Of a stretch of 64,000 bases of DNA, positions 40,196 to 52,308 are shown in pieces. Below the pieces are notes generated by a model, which made no database searches, was not told the origin of the DNA, and saw only the letters and a list, made by a program, of their open reading frames with translations. Within the stretch, counting starts at the first letter, position 1, and the number at the start of each line of letters is the position of its first letter. This DNA is from Pristiophorus japonicus (lineage: Eukaryota), in assembly GCF_044704955.1 (NCBI RefSeq), contig NC_091979.1, positions 292,330,001 through 292,394,000 of the forward strand, in the 5' to 3' direction. A program made the position numbers and the translations under genes.

Positions 40196-40757
40196 GGTTG
40201 AAGGTTCACTAGGTTGATTCCAGAGATGAGGGAGTTGATTTATGAGGAAAGGTTGAGTAGGTTGGGCCTCTACTCATTGGAATTCAGAAGAATGAGAGGT
40301 GATCTTATCGAAACATATAAGATTATTAGGGGGCTTGACAAGATGGATGCAGAGAGGATGTTTCCACTGATAAGGGAGACTAGAACTCGAGGGCTTAATC
40401 TTAGAATAAGGGACCGCCCATTTAAAACTGAGATGAGGAGGAATTTCTTCTCTCAGAGGGTTGTAAATCTGTGGAATTCGCTCCCTCAGAGAGCTGTGGA
40501 AGCTGGGACATTGATTAAATTTAAGACAGAAATGGACAGTTTCTAAAACGATAAGGGAATAAGGGGTTATGGGGAGCAGCCAGGGAAGTGGATCTGAGTC
40601 CATGATCGGATCAACCATGATCGGATTAAATGGCAGAGCAGGCACAAATTCAGCTTGAAGGGTATCATAGAGAGACCTGGCTACAAGCTGGGCATGATTG
40701 AGAGCTAAATATTGGCCTACTCCTGCTCCTATTTCTTATGTTCTTATGTTCTTATGT
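40196..40757 (+). mobile_element. CR1 3' fragment
   Basis: ORF 40214-40546 (LGLYSLEFRRMRGDLIE..RRNFFSQRVVNLWNSLP); (ttcttatg)n tail. Confidence 0.9.
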
Positions 40758-40769
40758 TATTTTCCTCTG

Positions 40770-42853
40770 ATGTGCTCGAATGCATGAATAAGAAATAAAA
40801 TAAATGAGTTTGAAACACAAATTCAGCTTGAAGGGTATCATAGAGAGACCTGGCTACAAGCTGGGCATGATTGAGAGCTAAGTATTCTAGGCTATAGGAT
40901 CATTAGAAAGGATGCAGAAATTGAGGAGAAGTAGCAATATTGATAAAATACACAATTACCACAGTAGAAAGAAGGGAATTCAGTGAAGGCTATGGAAACA
41001 GCATGGGTTGATTTAAAGTACAGCAAAAGATGCAAGACTCTTTTGAGAGTTATTGTAAGAATAAAAGTGTATATTAATGATAAAATTGATTCAGTGTGTA
41101 TGTATCAATATTAAAAGTGAAGATTACACAGACAGGCTGCAGTTTGAACTCAAAAGCATAAAATGGACACATCAAGTTCAAGCCTCTTCTGGGCGGAGCT
41201 TAAGGAATAAAAGCAGCATGACTTTGAAACCCATCAAAACTAAAAGGTTTTAATTGGAAAACAATTAACCTAATCAAGGAATGGCACCAATTACTCCAGA
41301 TGGTCACACGTGTGAGGAAAACCAATAAAGAACAGCCCTGAAACTAAAACCCAATCCTGGGGCTTTCTAAGAAACAATGGACTTAAGAGATATTAAAAGG
41401 CAAGCCTCTTTTTGGATGACCACGTGGCAAAGCAGGAAACCTCCCTCTCCACAAGACCAGACCAAGAAGCAAGGAAGAAGGCTGCATGCTTTGTTTGACT
41501 CCCAGGGAAGTATATGTCTGTGCATATCTGTAACTCATGACCTTACCTAATTAAGTAGAGTCAATAGGATACTAGTCGACTGCTGTTTGTCCGATAGGCT
41601 ACGTGCATGTGTGTGTGTTTAATAAACTTATTCCAAATTGTTTTAAAATAATTGGTCTTGCTGTCAATTTAATGCCAGAAAGAGTCAGAAAACTTGCATT
41701 GTCTATAGACCTAGTGATGTATTGGATAAATACAGAGATTGGGAAAGCATGTCTCAGAAACAATGTGGTTATAATATGAGATTTTAATTTTCATGTCGAC
41801 TGGGAGAAGCAGGACAGCTCAAGTAGTAAAGTCAATGAATTTCTAGAATTTCCCTGTTCTCTAGAACAATATTTTTTTGGAGCCAACAAGGGAACAAGGT
41901 CATATTAGCTTTAGTGATGAGTAACAAACCAGAATAAGTTAACAATCTGATGGTCATGGATCATATTGTGAATAGCATCCGTAATATGATTGAACTTGAT
42001 AGTAGGTTTGAGAGGGAAAAGGGACAGTCACAGGCAAATTTTGAAGGGATGAGAAATAAATTGGCTACAGTAAAGTGGGCTAAACTGATAATGGGCACAC
42101 CTACAGACAAACAGTGGGAAGTATTCAAAGAAGTATTTGGTGCAATACCAAAAGGCAATGCTCAACAAATGATATTGGAGACAGAACCAAGTTAAAAGAA
42201 AAGGCATACACAAATGCAAGGAAAAATGGGAATTGGTGGACTGGGAGAACTGTAGAAAATAACAAAGGCATACAAAGAAAGTAATAAGAGGTGCAAAAGG
42301 GAATATGAATAAACTTGCAAGCTAGAATTAAAATGTTTTATTATATTAAGAAAAAGAGGGGACAAGAACAAGAGGGAATGTGGACCCAGAAAAGAGTATA
42401 ATGGAGAATTTGGAAATAATAGAATTGTTTCATGAATACTTTGTAACCGTTTTCACAGTTGAGGAAAAGGACAAAACACCAGCAGTCGAAACCAACCTAA
42501 AAGCAAGGGGAGGAAATTATTGGATTTAGTATCCGTTAAAAAAGTAGTAATAGATAAATCTCCAGGACCTGATGGTTTCCACCTCAGGGTAAAAGAAATA
42601 AATAAGGAAATTACAGCTGCATTAGTCATAATTTTCCACATTTCACACAAAGGGTAGTGGAAATCTGAAACTCTCTCCCTAATAGGCTGTGGATACTGGG
42701 TCGATTGGAATTATCAAGACTGAGATCGATAGATATTTGTTAAGTAAGGGTATCAAGGAATATGGTAAATGGAATTGAGGTATTGATGAGGCATGATCTA
42801 ATTGAATGGTGCAACATGCTTGAGGGGCTGAATGGCCTACTCCTGTTCCTATT
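40770..42853 (+). mobile_element. Old, internally deleted CR1 relic
   Basis: Degenerate endonuclease, KSPGPDGFH and 3' tail segments; hosts the solo LTR at 41054-41698. Confidence 0.7.
41054..41698 (+). mobile_element. Solo LTR, same family as 20325-20922
   Basis: TGTAAG...CTTGCA termini; flanks TTAT/TTGT; shared blocks taacctaatcaaggaatggcacc and ggtcttgctgtcaatttaatgccaga. Confidence 0.88.
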
Positions 42854-43066
42854 TTGTCTTTGAGTCAAACTGCCAAATGTTGGTTAGTTTTGTGTAGTAG
42901 ACCGTATTTGAGATTTTACTTTGGGTCTTGCAGCCATCAGGCATAGGAAAGTTCTATCTCTTCAAATTGCCCATTTCTAGACCTGCGTTAAATGACACTT
43001 CAGCATTCCTCTTTAAATTTGAAATGCAAAGCAATTTTCAGGATAGATCTGATCTTACGATCTATT

Positions 43067-43776
43067 GACCCAGAATTTGCGGTCAGATGCTTCCTGCAGG
43101 GAAATGCCTCTGATATGCAAATAAAATGCCCACGTACGTGGTGGTCCAGAAGGTACGGAGATTTGTGATCCTGGGACTCTCCGGGTTAGAGGCCCACATT
43201 TCTCAGGGACGCATGCGGATTGCAAGCGCCCCTGAGATCATATGGGCCAGCCAAACAAAAGACAGAAGGGGGATCCCCATTCATATTTATGGCGATTCCA
43301 TATGTACGGAAACCCCATAAGCATGACTGGGAATACCCCTAAAATACCTCTACACGCCAAATCGATTTTTTTTAAATCACATATTTTAAATGAATTAAAA
43401 TGGCATTTAATTAAATATTTAAAACAAAAATTTAATTTTTTGATAAATTTACATGTTTTAAAGGGGCTAAAAATAACTTTATTTCACAGGTTTTTAAATG
43501 TATAACTAATTGATAACATATTTTATTTTTCTGTTTTTTAAAACTCTTGCCTAGGTAAAATCAGGCCTGCTTTTACCAGATGTAAGAATTTCACAGACAT
43601 TCGCTGGGTAAATAGCCCAACTCTCTGCCCGTGAATGCCCTTTCCCCGGAAATGTGGATAATCTGTCAAGAAAATTCTTGGCAGATTGTAACTTCTGGTT
43701 TTAGGCATGCACAGCTCATGCCCCAAGGGCACATGCACACCTCGTACACACCCCTGGGGGCCGCAAATTATGGCCC
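43067..43776. mobile_element. MITE, PIF/Harbinger-like
   Basis: TIRs GACCCAGAATTTGCGG / CCGCAAATTATGGCCC; similar size and AT-rich core to 21095-21810. Confidence 0.82.
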
Positions 43777-43828
43777 AATTTTTTTAAATTTGGATTTCAA
43801 CCACACATTTGAATTAAAATATAATATC

Positions 43829-46800
43829 AACATAGAAAATAGGTGCAGGAGTAGGCTATTTGGCCCTTCGAGCCTTCAGCGCCATTCAATAAGATCATGG
43901 CTGATCATTCCTTCAGTACCCCTTTCCTGCTTTCTCTCCATATCCCTTGATCCCCTTCACCGTAAGAGCCATATCTAACTCCCTCTTGAATATATCCAGT
44001 GAACTGGCATCAACAACTCTCTGCGGCAGGGAATTCCACAGGTTAACAACTCTGAGTGAAAATGTTTCTCCTCGTCTCAGTCCTAAATGGCCTACTCCTT
44101 ATCCTCAGACTATGTCCCCTGGTTCTGGACTTCCCCAACATGGGGAACATTCTTCCTGCATCTAACCTGTCCAGTCCCGTCAGAATCTTATAGGTTTCTA
44201 TGAGATCCCCTCTCATACTTCTAAACTCCAGTGAATAAAGGCCCAGTTGATCCAGTATCTCCTCATATGTCAGTCCAGCCATCCCTGGAATCAGTCTGGT
44301 GAACCTTCGCTGCACTCCCTCAATAGCAAGAATGTCCTTCCTCAGACTAGGAGACTAAAACTGAACACAATATTCCAGGTGAGGCCTCACGAAGGCCCTG
44401 TACAACTGCAGTAAGACCTCCGTGCTTCCAAATTCAAATCCCCTAGCTATGAAGGCCAACATACCATTTGCCTTCTTCACCGCCTGCTGTACCTGCGTGC
44501 CCACTTTCAGTGACTGATGAACCATGACATCCAGGTCTCGTTGCACCTCCCCTTTTCCTAATCTGCCGCCATTCAGATAATATTCTGCCTTTGTGTTTTT
44601 GCCCCCAAAATGGATAACCTCACATTTATCCACATTAAACTGCATCTGCCATGCATTTCCCCACTCACCTAACCTGTCCAAGTCACCCTTCAGCCTCTTA
44701 GCGTCCTCCTCACAGCTCACACCGCCACCCAGTTTAATGTCATCTGCAAACTTGGAGATATTACACTCTATTCCTTCATCCAAATCGTTAATGTATATTG
44801 TAAAGAGCTGGGCTCCCAGCACTGAGCCCTGCGGCACTCCACTAGTCACTGCCTGCCATTCTGAAAAGGACCCGTTTATCCCGACTCTCTGCTTCCTGTC
44901 TGCCTACCAGTTCCCTATCCACGTCAGTATATTACCCCCAATACCATGTGCTTTGACTTTGCACACCAATCTCTTGTGCGGGACCTTGTCAAAAGCCTTC
45001 TGAAAGTCCAAATACACCACATCCACTGGTTCTCCCTTGTCCACTCTGCTAGTTACATCCTCAAAAAATTCCAGAAGTTCGTCAAGTTGATTTCCAATTC
45101 ATAAATCCATACTGACCTGTCACCGCTTTCCAAATGCGCTGCTATTTCGTCCTTCATGATCGATTCCAACACCTTCCCCCACCACCGATGTCAAGCTAAC
45201 CGGTCTATAATTACCCATTTTCTCTCTCCCTCCTTTTTAAAAAAAAAAAAAAGTTATGTTACATTAGCTACCCTCCAGTCCATGGGAACCGATTAAGAGT
45301 CGATAGACTGTTGGAAAATGATCACCAATGCATCCACTATTTCTAGGGCCACTTCGTTGAGCATTCTGGAATGCAGACTATCAGGCCCCAGGGATTTATC
45401 GGCCTTCAATCCCATCAATTTCCCTAACTCAATTTCCTGCCTAATAAGGATATCCTTCAGTTCCTCCTTCTCACTAGACCCACTGTCCCCTAGTATCTTT
45501 GGAAGGTTATTTGTATCTTCCTTCGTGAAGACAGAACCGAAGTATTGGTTCAATTGGTCTGCCATTTCTTTGTTCCCCATTATAATTTCACCTGAATCCA
45601 ACTTCAAGGGACCTACATTTGTCTTCACTATTATTTTTCTCTTCACATATTTATAGAAGCTTTTGCAGTCAGTTTTTACATTCCCTGCAAGCTTCCGCTC
45701 GTACTCTATTTTCCCCCTCTTAATTAAACCCTTAGTCCTTCTCTGTTGAATTCTAAATTTCTCCCAGTCCTCAGGTTTGTTGCTTTTTCTAGCCAATTTA
45801 TATGCTTCTTCCTTGGCTTTAAAACTATCCTTTAATTTCCTTTGTTAGCCATGGTTGAGCCACCTTCCCAGTTTTATTTTTACTCCAGACGGGGATGTAT
45901 ATTTGCAGAAGTTCATCCATGTGATCTTTAAATGTTTGCCATTGCTTATCCACCGTCAACCCTTTTAGTATCGTTTGCCAGTCTATTCTAGCCAATTCAC
46001 GCCTCATACCATCGAAGTTACCTTTCCCTAAGTTCAGGACCTTAGTCTCTGAATTAACTGTGTCACTCTCCATCTTAATAAAGAATCCTACCATATTATG
46101 GTCACTCTTCCCCAAGGGGCCTCGCACATCAAGATTGCTAATTAGTCCTTTCTCATTACACAATGCCCAGTCTAGGATGGCCAGCTCCCTGGTTGGTTCC
46201 TCGCTATATTGGTCTAGAAAACCATCCCTCATACACTCCAGGAAATTCTCCTCTACCGCATTGCTACCAGTTAGGTTAGCCCAATCAATGTGTAGATTAA
46301 AGTCGCCCATGTTTACTGCTGTACCTTTATTGCACACATCCCTTATTTCTTGCTTGATGCTGTCCCCAACCTCACTACTACTATTTAGCCATCTATACAT
46401 AACACCCACTAGCGTTTTCAGCCCTTTGGTATTCTGCAGCTCCACCCATACCAATTCCACATCATCCAGGCTAATGTCCTTCCTTACAATTGCATTGATT
46501 TCATCTTTAAGTAGCAACGCCACCCCACCTCCTTTTTCTTTCTGTCTATCCTTCCTAAATGCTGAATATCCTTGGATGTTGAGTTCCCAGCCTTGGTCCC
46601 CCTGGAGCCATGTCTCCGTGATGCCAATCACATCGTATCCATTAACTGCTATCTGCTCAGTTTTTTAACACACTTTGCCCCTTTAGAATTTTGCTGTAAT
46701 GTGGCCCTTTTTGTTTTTTGCCTTGGGTTTCTCTGCCCTCCACTTTTACTATTCTCCTTTCTATATTTTGCTTCTGCCTCCTTTTTATTTCCCTCTATCT

Positions 46801-48241
46801 CCCTGCATAGGTTCCCATCCCCCTGCCACATTAGTATTAGCAAACACTCCCCCTAGGACATTAGTTCCAGTCCTGCCCAGGTGGAGACCGTTCGGTTTGT
46901 ACTGGTCCTACCTCCCCCAGAACCGGTTCCAATGTCACAGGAATTTGAATCGCTCCCTTCTGCACCACTCCTCAAGCCACGTATTCATCTGAGCTATCCT
47001 GTGATTCCTACTCTGACTAGCCCGTGGCACTGGTAGCAATCCTGAGATTATTACTTTTGAGGTCCTACTTTTTAATTTGGCTCCTAGCTCTCTAAATTTG
47101 CCTCGTAGGACCTCATCCCGTTTTTTACCTATGTCATTGGTACCTATATGCACCACAACAACTGGCTGTTCACCCTCCCTTTTCAGAATGTCCTGCACCC
47201 ACTCCGTGACATCCTTGACCCTTGCACCAGGGAGGCAACATACCATCCTGGAGTCTCGGTTGCGGCCGCAGAAACGCCTATCTATTCCCCTTACAATTGA
47301 ATCCCCTATCACTATCGCTCTCCCACTCTTTTTTTTTCCTGCCCTCCTGTGCAGCAGAGCCAGCCACGGTGCCATGAACTTGGCTGCTGCTGCTCCCCCC
47401 TGATGAGTCATCCCCCTCAACAGTACTCAAAGCGGTGTATCTGTTTTGTAGGGGGATGACCGCAGGGGATCCCTGCACTATCTTCCTTGCACTGCTCTTC
47501 CTGTTGGTCTTCCATTCCCTATCTGGCTGTGGACCCTTTACCTGCGGTAAGACCAACTCACTAAACGTGCTATTCACATCATTCTCAGCATCGTGGATGC
47601 TCCAGAGTGAATCCACCTTCAGCTCCAATTCCGCAATGCGGTCCATCAGGAGCTGGAGGCGGACACACTTCCCGCACACTTAGTCGTCAAGGACACCAGA
47701 GGGGCCCCTGATTTCCCACATAGTACAGAAGGAGCATAACACTTGTCCGAGCTCTCCTGCCATGACTTAACCCTTAGATACACTTAAATTGGCAACAACC
47801 GTGCTGAAAGTTACTGATATAGAAGAGAAAAAAGAAAAACTACTTGCCAATTACCAGCCAATCACTTACCCTCTTGGCTGTGACATCACCTTTCTATTTC
47901 TTTCTACTTCTTTTTTGCCTTCTCCCTATAGCTGCACAAGCTGGGCCTTTATAGGCCTCTGTTGATCCCCGGACTCACCCCTCAGCGACCACGAACTCCC
48001 GCTGCCTCTCGCGGCCTTTGTAGGCCACACCGATCCCTGGACTCACGCCTCAGCGCCCACGGACTCCCGCTGCCTCTCGCGGCCTTTGTAGGCCTCTGCT
48101 GATCCCCGGGCTCACCCCTCAGCGACCACAAACTCCTGCTGCCTCTCGCGGCCTTTATAGGCCTCTGCCGATCCCCGGACTCACGCCTCAGCGACCACGA
48201 ACTCCCGCTGCCTCTCGCGGCCTTTATAGGCCTCTGCCGAT
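43829..48241 (-). mobile_element. Full-length CR1 LINE (5' UTR, ORF1, ORF2, tail), inactivated
   Basis: ORF1 starts at 47763 with a CxxC...CxxC finger, a leucine zipper and an SGNH esterase (IVIGDSIVR, HIGTND). ORF2 endonuclease and RT span ~46650-43950 with several stops and frameshifts. Confidence 0.96.
47944..48241. repeat. Tandem repeat, ~4.3 copies of a 69-bp unit, forming the CR1 5' end
   Basis: Units start at 47944, 48013, 48081, 48150 and 48219 (ggcctttRtaggcctctgccgatccccggactcacScctcagcgaccacgaactcccgctgcctctcgc). Confidence 0.95.
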
Positions 48242-49239
48242 AATGTTCCTGCTACAGGAAAATGCGTATCAAACTCCACTTTGTTCCTGATTTAATCAGT
48301 ATCACTATGTCACAGCAATATGTGTCATGTGCATGTCTGGTTATATACAATGATTTTGTTTATCCCAAACTATTCAGGTGATGTATGTTTAAATGACAGT
48401 ATGTTACATATTTTATGTTTAAGAAATGAATACATCCCTTCTGGGAATATTTTCTTTCAACTTATTCTCTATGAAAAGAAATACAATTTTTATAAATCAA
48501 AGATAATATGTTCTTATTCAAAATGGTCCTGCCAGCCTTCCTGCTTTCCTCAGGTAAGGTGCAGAAGTAGATTTAACAATGATGTTCTCATGTCAATCAT
48601 TGTATAATACACTGTCTTGGAAATTGAGCCAGATTGGATGGAAACGAACAAATGCAGTTCTCTTCATCTGCCAAATTGAAAATGTTTTTCCTGCTGGAGT
48701 AATAAGAGCCTTCTCACTTCTTTATTCTCTTTTGATGAAACAAGCAGAGAATTGATTTTTACAAAAATGCATGTAATTTTATATGGCAGATAATGGTAGA
48801 GTAGGTTACAGGTAAATTATAGAAATAAGTAGTCTGTGTGAGACATACTGCTCTTTTAAGCACAAATGACTAGCATCTTGCTCTCTTGCTAAAGTAACAC
48901 TTTGCTATTCTGATGATAAGATGGTTATTTTAATAATAATTTTTCTACTGCTACTAAAGCCTGACCTAGTGAACAGCACTAAATTAAAGAATAGGGAGAA
49001 AATGTTGATCTAACAGCAGGTGCAAATGATAAAGCACACATTTATTTTCAATCCAACCCTTTTGCCATAAAACCACAAGCTGGGGTCCTGGATTGTTGAG
49101 GTCATGACTCCAGCTGTGTCCAGAATGAAAATATTGTTCAAAAATATTTTCCAAATAATAAAATTAATTTCCCCTGGGATAGGTGCTCTTTGTTCACAAA
49201 TGGATTTTGCATAGTTTAATGATTGGTGTGTTCCTTCCA

Positions 49240-50330
49240 CTACAAATCCTTCATGGTGCACATTAGCCTGCTTTAAAATAGATAACCATGAATAACACCT
49301 AGGGTCTCCATCAGATCTATATCTATAGCAGTTGTTGCATATTGGAGATCGCCTTGTGATTCAATTCTCAGTAATCAATATGTAGCCTCAAGCTTCCATC
49401 CTTCTTTATGGAGAACTGCTACTGGACATAAACAATAACATCTGGGTTTAACCAATTGCCATGCCAATAACTCTTGTATATATCTACTTGTATAAGGCTT
49501 TGTTTTAGATATTTCTACTGTATAGGGATATCAGTTCCCAAGTTAATTCTCAGCCTTAAGCTTTAAATACAGTCTATGTCATCGTGAGAAAATGCTGCTG
49601 CTTCATTTTTGAAACCTGACCATTTCTTAGCAGCCCTATTTCTTCACCGGGTATCTGATTCATATAAAGTCTGTCACCAGCTTCCTTATTGTCTCTAACA
49701 TTATCCAATGGCTACAATAAAAAGAAAAACTTGCATTTTTTTTAAGAGCATCATTCACAACTTCAGGACATCTCAAAGCACTGCACAGCCAATTAAGTAC
49801 TTTAGAAGTGTAGTCACTGTTGTAATGTAGGAAACGCGGCAGTCAATTTGCATACAGCAAGTCCCCACAAACAACAACATGATAATGACCAGATAAACTG
49901 ATTTTTAGTGATGTTGGTTGAAGGATAAACATTGGTCAGTACAACGGTGAGAATTCTTCTAAATAGTGCCATGGGATCTTTTACATCCACCTGAGAGGGC
50001 ATGTCTGGTCTTGGTTTAATGTCTCATCCAAAAGACGATATCTTCGACAGTGCAGCACTCCCTCAGCACTGCACTGGAGTGTCAGCCCAGATTATGTGCT
50101 CAAGTCTCTGGAGTGGGACTCGAGTCCATAACCTTTTGAATCAAAGCAGAGATGCTGCCACTGAGCACTTAAAACTTTATTTTCCTCAGGAGAATTTTAT
50201 GGGGCTTTCATAACTTGTCTTGTATGAAGGTTTATCATCTTCAATTCTGGTCTCAGCTACTTTTTTCAGATAAGGCAGCTGATCCTTAACTTCCACATCT
50301 GCAGAAAAATGTGACAATTAGGGCGTGCAA
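49240..50330 (-). mobile_element. Ancient Gypsy pol (RT) relic interrupted by a SINE
   Basis: Degenerate PVAVL-KKDGSLRLHIDY*ELNHK...DLMETLG...HHEGFVVEG, reading as the RT N-terminal block. Confidence 0.7.
49716..50168 (-). mobile_element. Near full-length tRNA-derived DeuSINE (SacSINE1-like)
   Basis: tRNA-like head GCTCAGTGG...CTCGAGTCC; Deu-domain-like core ggatgagacattaaacc...aaagatcccatggcact; L2-like tail. Confidence 0.75.
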
Positions 50331-50649
50331 AGATTCCTCTTCCCAAAGGAAACTGGGACAGCCGACCCAGTGGTACCACTAAGGTATGTGAATGTCTGAC
50401 TACCTAATACTGGATGCACCCCAATCACAGTGGGGGGGATTTCCATGTGCTTACTGCCCTGTCCACACTGAAAAATAAAGCAGTAGGCAGACAAAAATTA
50501 CCAAAAATAAACCGACTGCATCCTGATTTTCAAGCCAGCCTCGAAATAGGCATCCAGCACTCCTGCCCATAAGAGGCAGGAGCCTTACTGAAATATATAA
50601 ATCAGGATCTTATGCCAGTCATAGGACCCTGAAGTACTGGTATTGCATA

Positions 50650-51543
50650 TAGAACATAAGAAATAGAAGCAGGAGTAGGCCATACGGCCCCTCGAGCCTG
50701 CACCACCATTTAATACGATCATGGCTGATCCGATCATGGATTCTGGTCCACTTCCCTGCCCGCTCCCCATAACTCCTTATTGGTCCACTTCCCTGCCCGC
50801 TCCCCATAACTCCTTATTCCCTTATCAGTTAAGAAACTGTCTATTTCTGTCTTAAATTTATTCAATGACCCAACTTCCACAGCTCTCTGAGGCAGCGAAT
50901 TCTACAGATTTACAACCCTTTGAGAGAAGAAATTCCTCCTCATCTCAGTTTTAAATGGGCGGCCCCTTATTCTAAGATTATGCCCCCTTGTTCTAGTCTC
51001 CCCTATCAGTGGAAACATCCTCTCTGCATCCACCTTGTCAAACCCCCTCATAATCTTATACATTTCGATAGAATCACCTCTCATTCTTCTGAATTCCAAT
51101 GAGTAGAGGCCCAACCTACTCAACCTTTCCTCATAAATCAACCCCCTCATCTCCAGAATCAATCTTGTGAACCTTCTCCGAACTGCCTTCAAAGCAAGTA
51201 TATCCTTTCTTAAATATCGAAACCAAAACTGAACGCAGTATTCCAGGTGTGGCCTCACCAATACCCTGTATAACTGTAGCAAGACTTCCCTGCTTTTATA
51301 CTTCATCCCCTTTGCAATAAAGGCCAAGATTGCATTGGCCTTCCTGATCACCTGCTGTACCTGCATACTAACCTTTTGTGTTTCATGCACCAGCACCCCC
51401 AGGTCCCGCTGAACTGCAGCACTTTGCAATTTTTCTCCATTTAAATAATAACTAGCTCCTCGATGTTTTTTTTTAATTCCAAAGTGCATAACCTCACACT
51501 TTCCAACATTGTACTCCATCTGCCAAATTTTTGCCCACTCACT
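50650..51543 (-). mobile_element. CR1 3' fragment
   Basis: ORF 50902-51519; 37-bp tandem duplication at ~50744-50817; ttcttatg tail. Confidence 0.92.
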
Positions 51544-51589
51544 GAAGAATTGGTGTAAATGGTTGTTTTACACCATTTTTTTTACAAAG

Positions 51590-52308
51590 TATTACAAAGT
51601 AATTACAGCACAGGAGCAGACCATTCGGCCCAACACTTCCATGCCACTGATAATGCTGCACATAAACCTCCTCCCACCCTTCTTGTAACCCCATGAACAT
51701 ATCCTTCTATTACTTTCTCCCTCATGTGTTTATCCAGCTTTCTCTTGAATGCATCTTTGCTACTTGCCTCAACCACTCCCTGTGGTAGCAAGTTCCACAT
51801 TCTAACCACTCTCTGGGTAAAGAAGTTGCATTTGAATTTCTTATTGGATCTGTTAGTGATTGATGGCCCTTAGTTCTTTTCTCACCCGCAAGTGGAAACA
51901 TCTTCTCTATGTCTATCCTATCAAACCCTTTCACAATCTTGAAGACCTCTTTCAGGTCACCATTCAGTCTTCTCTTTTCTACAGAAAAGAGCCCCAACCC
52001 TGCAGGCATAAACTCTCAGTTCTGGAATCATTCCAGTAAATATTTTTTGCACCACCTTCAGTGCCTCTATATCCTTTTTATAATATGGAGAACAGAACTG
52101 TACACAGTACTCCAAGTGTGGTCTAACCAAGGTTATATAGAAGTTGAACATAACTTCTCTGCTTTTCAATTCTATCTCTCTAGAAATGAACCCCAGTGCT
52201 TGTTTGCCTTTTTTCTGCCTTATTAACCTGTGTCACTACCTTTAGTGATCCGTGTATCTGTATGCCCAGATCCTTCTGCTTCTCTAACCAATGTAGACAG
52301 TTATTTTC
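51590..52308 (-). mobile_element. Older CR1 3' fragment (target of the Gypsy insertion)
   Basis: LVRPHLEYCVQF..YKKDIEAL, LGLFSVEKRRLNGDL and VRMWNLLPQ motifs. Confidence 0.85.

Noticed and set aside
47944-48241. CRISPR-like array
   Set aside because: The units are contiguous near-identical repeats with no unique spacers, in a vertebrate LINE context.
50186-50300. Apparent minus-strand terminal exon (ttttctgcag acceptor, DVEVKDQLPYLKK...KFS*, AATAAA)
   Set aside because: No similarity to TdT. It abuts the SINE that splits the decayed Gypsy pol relic and is better explained as part of that relic.
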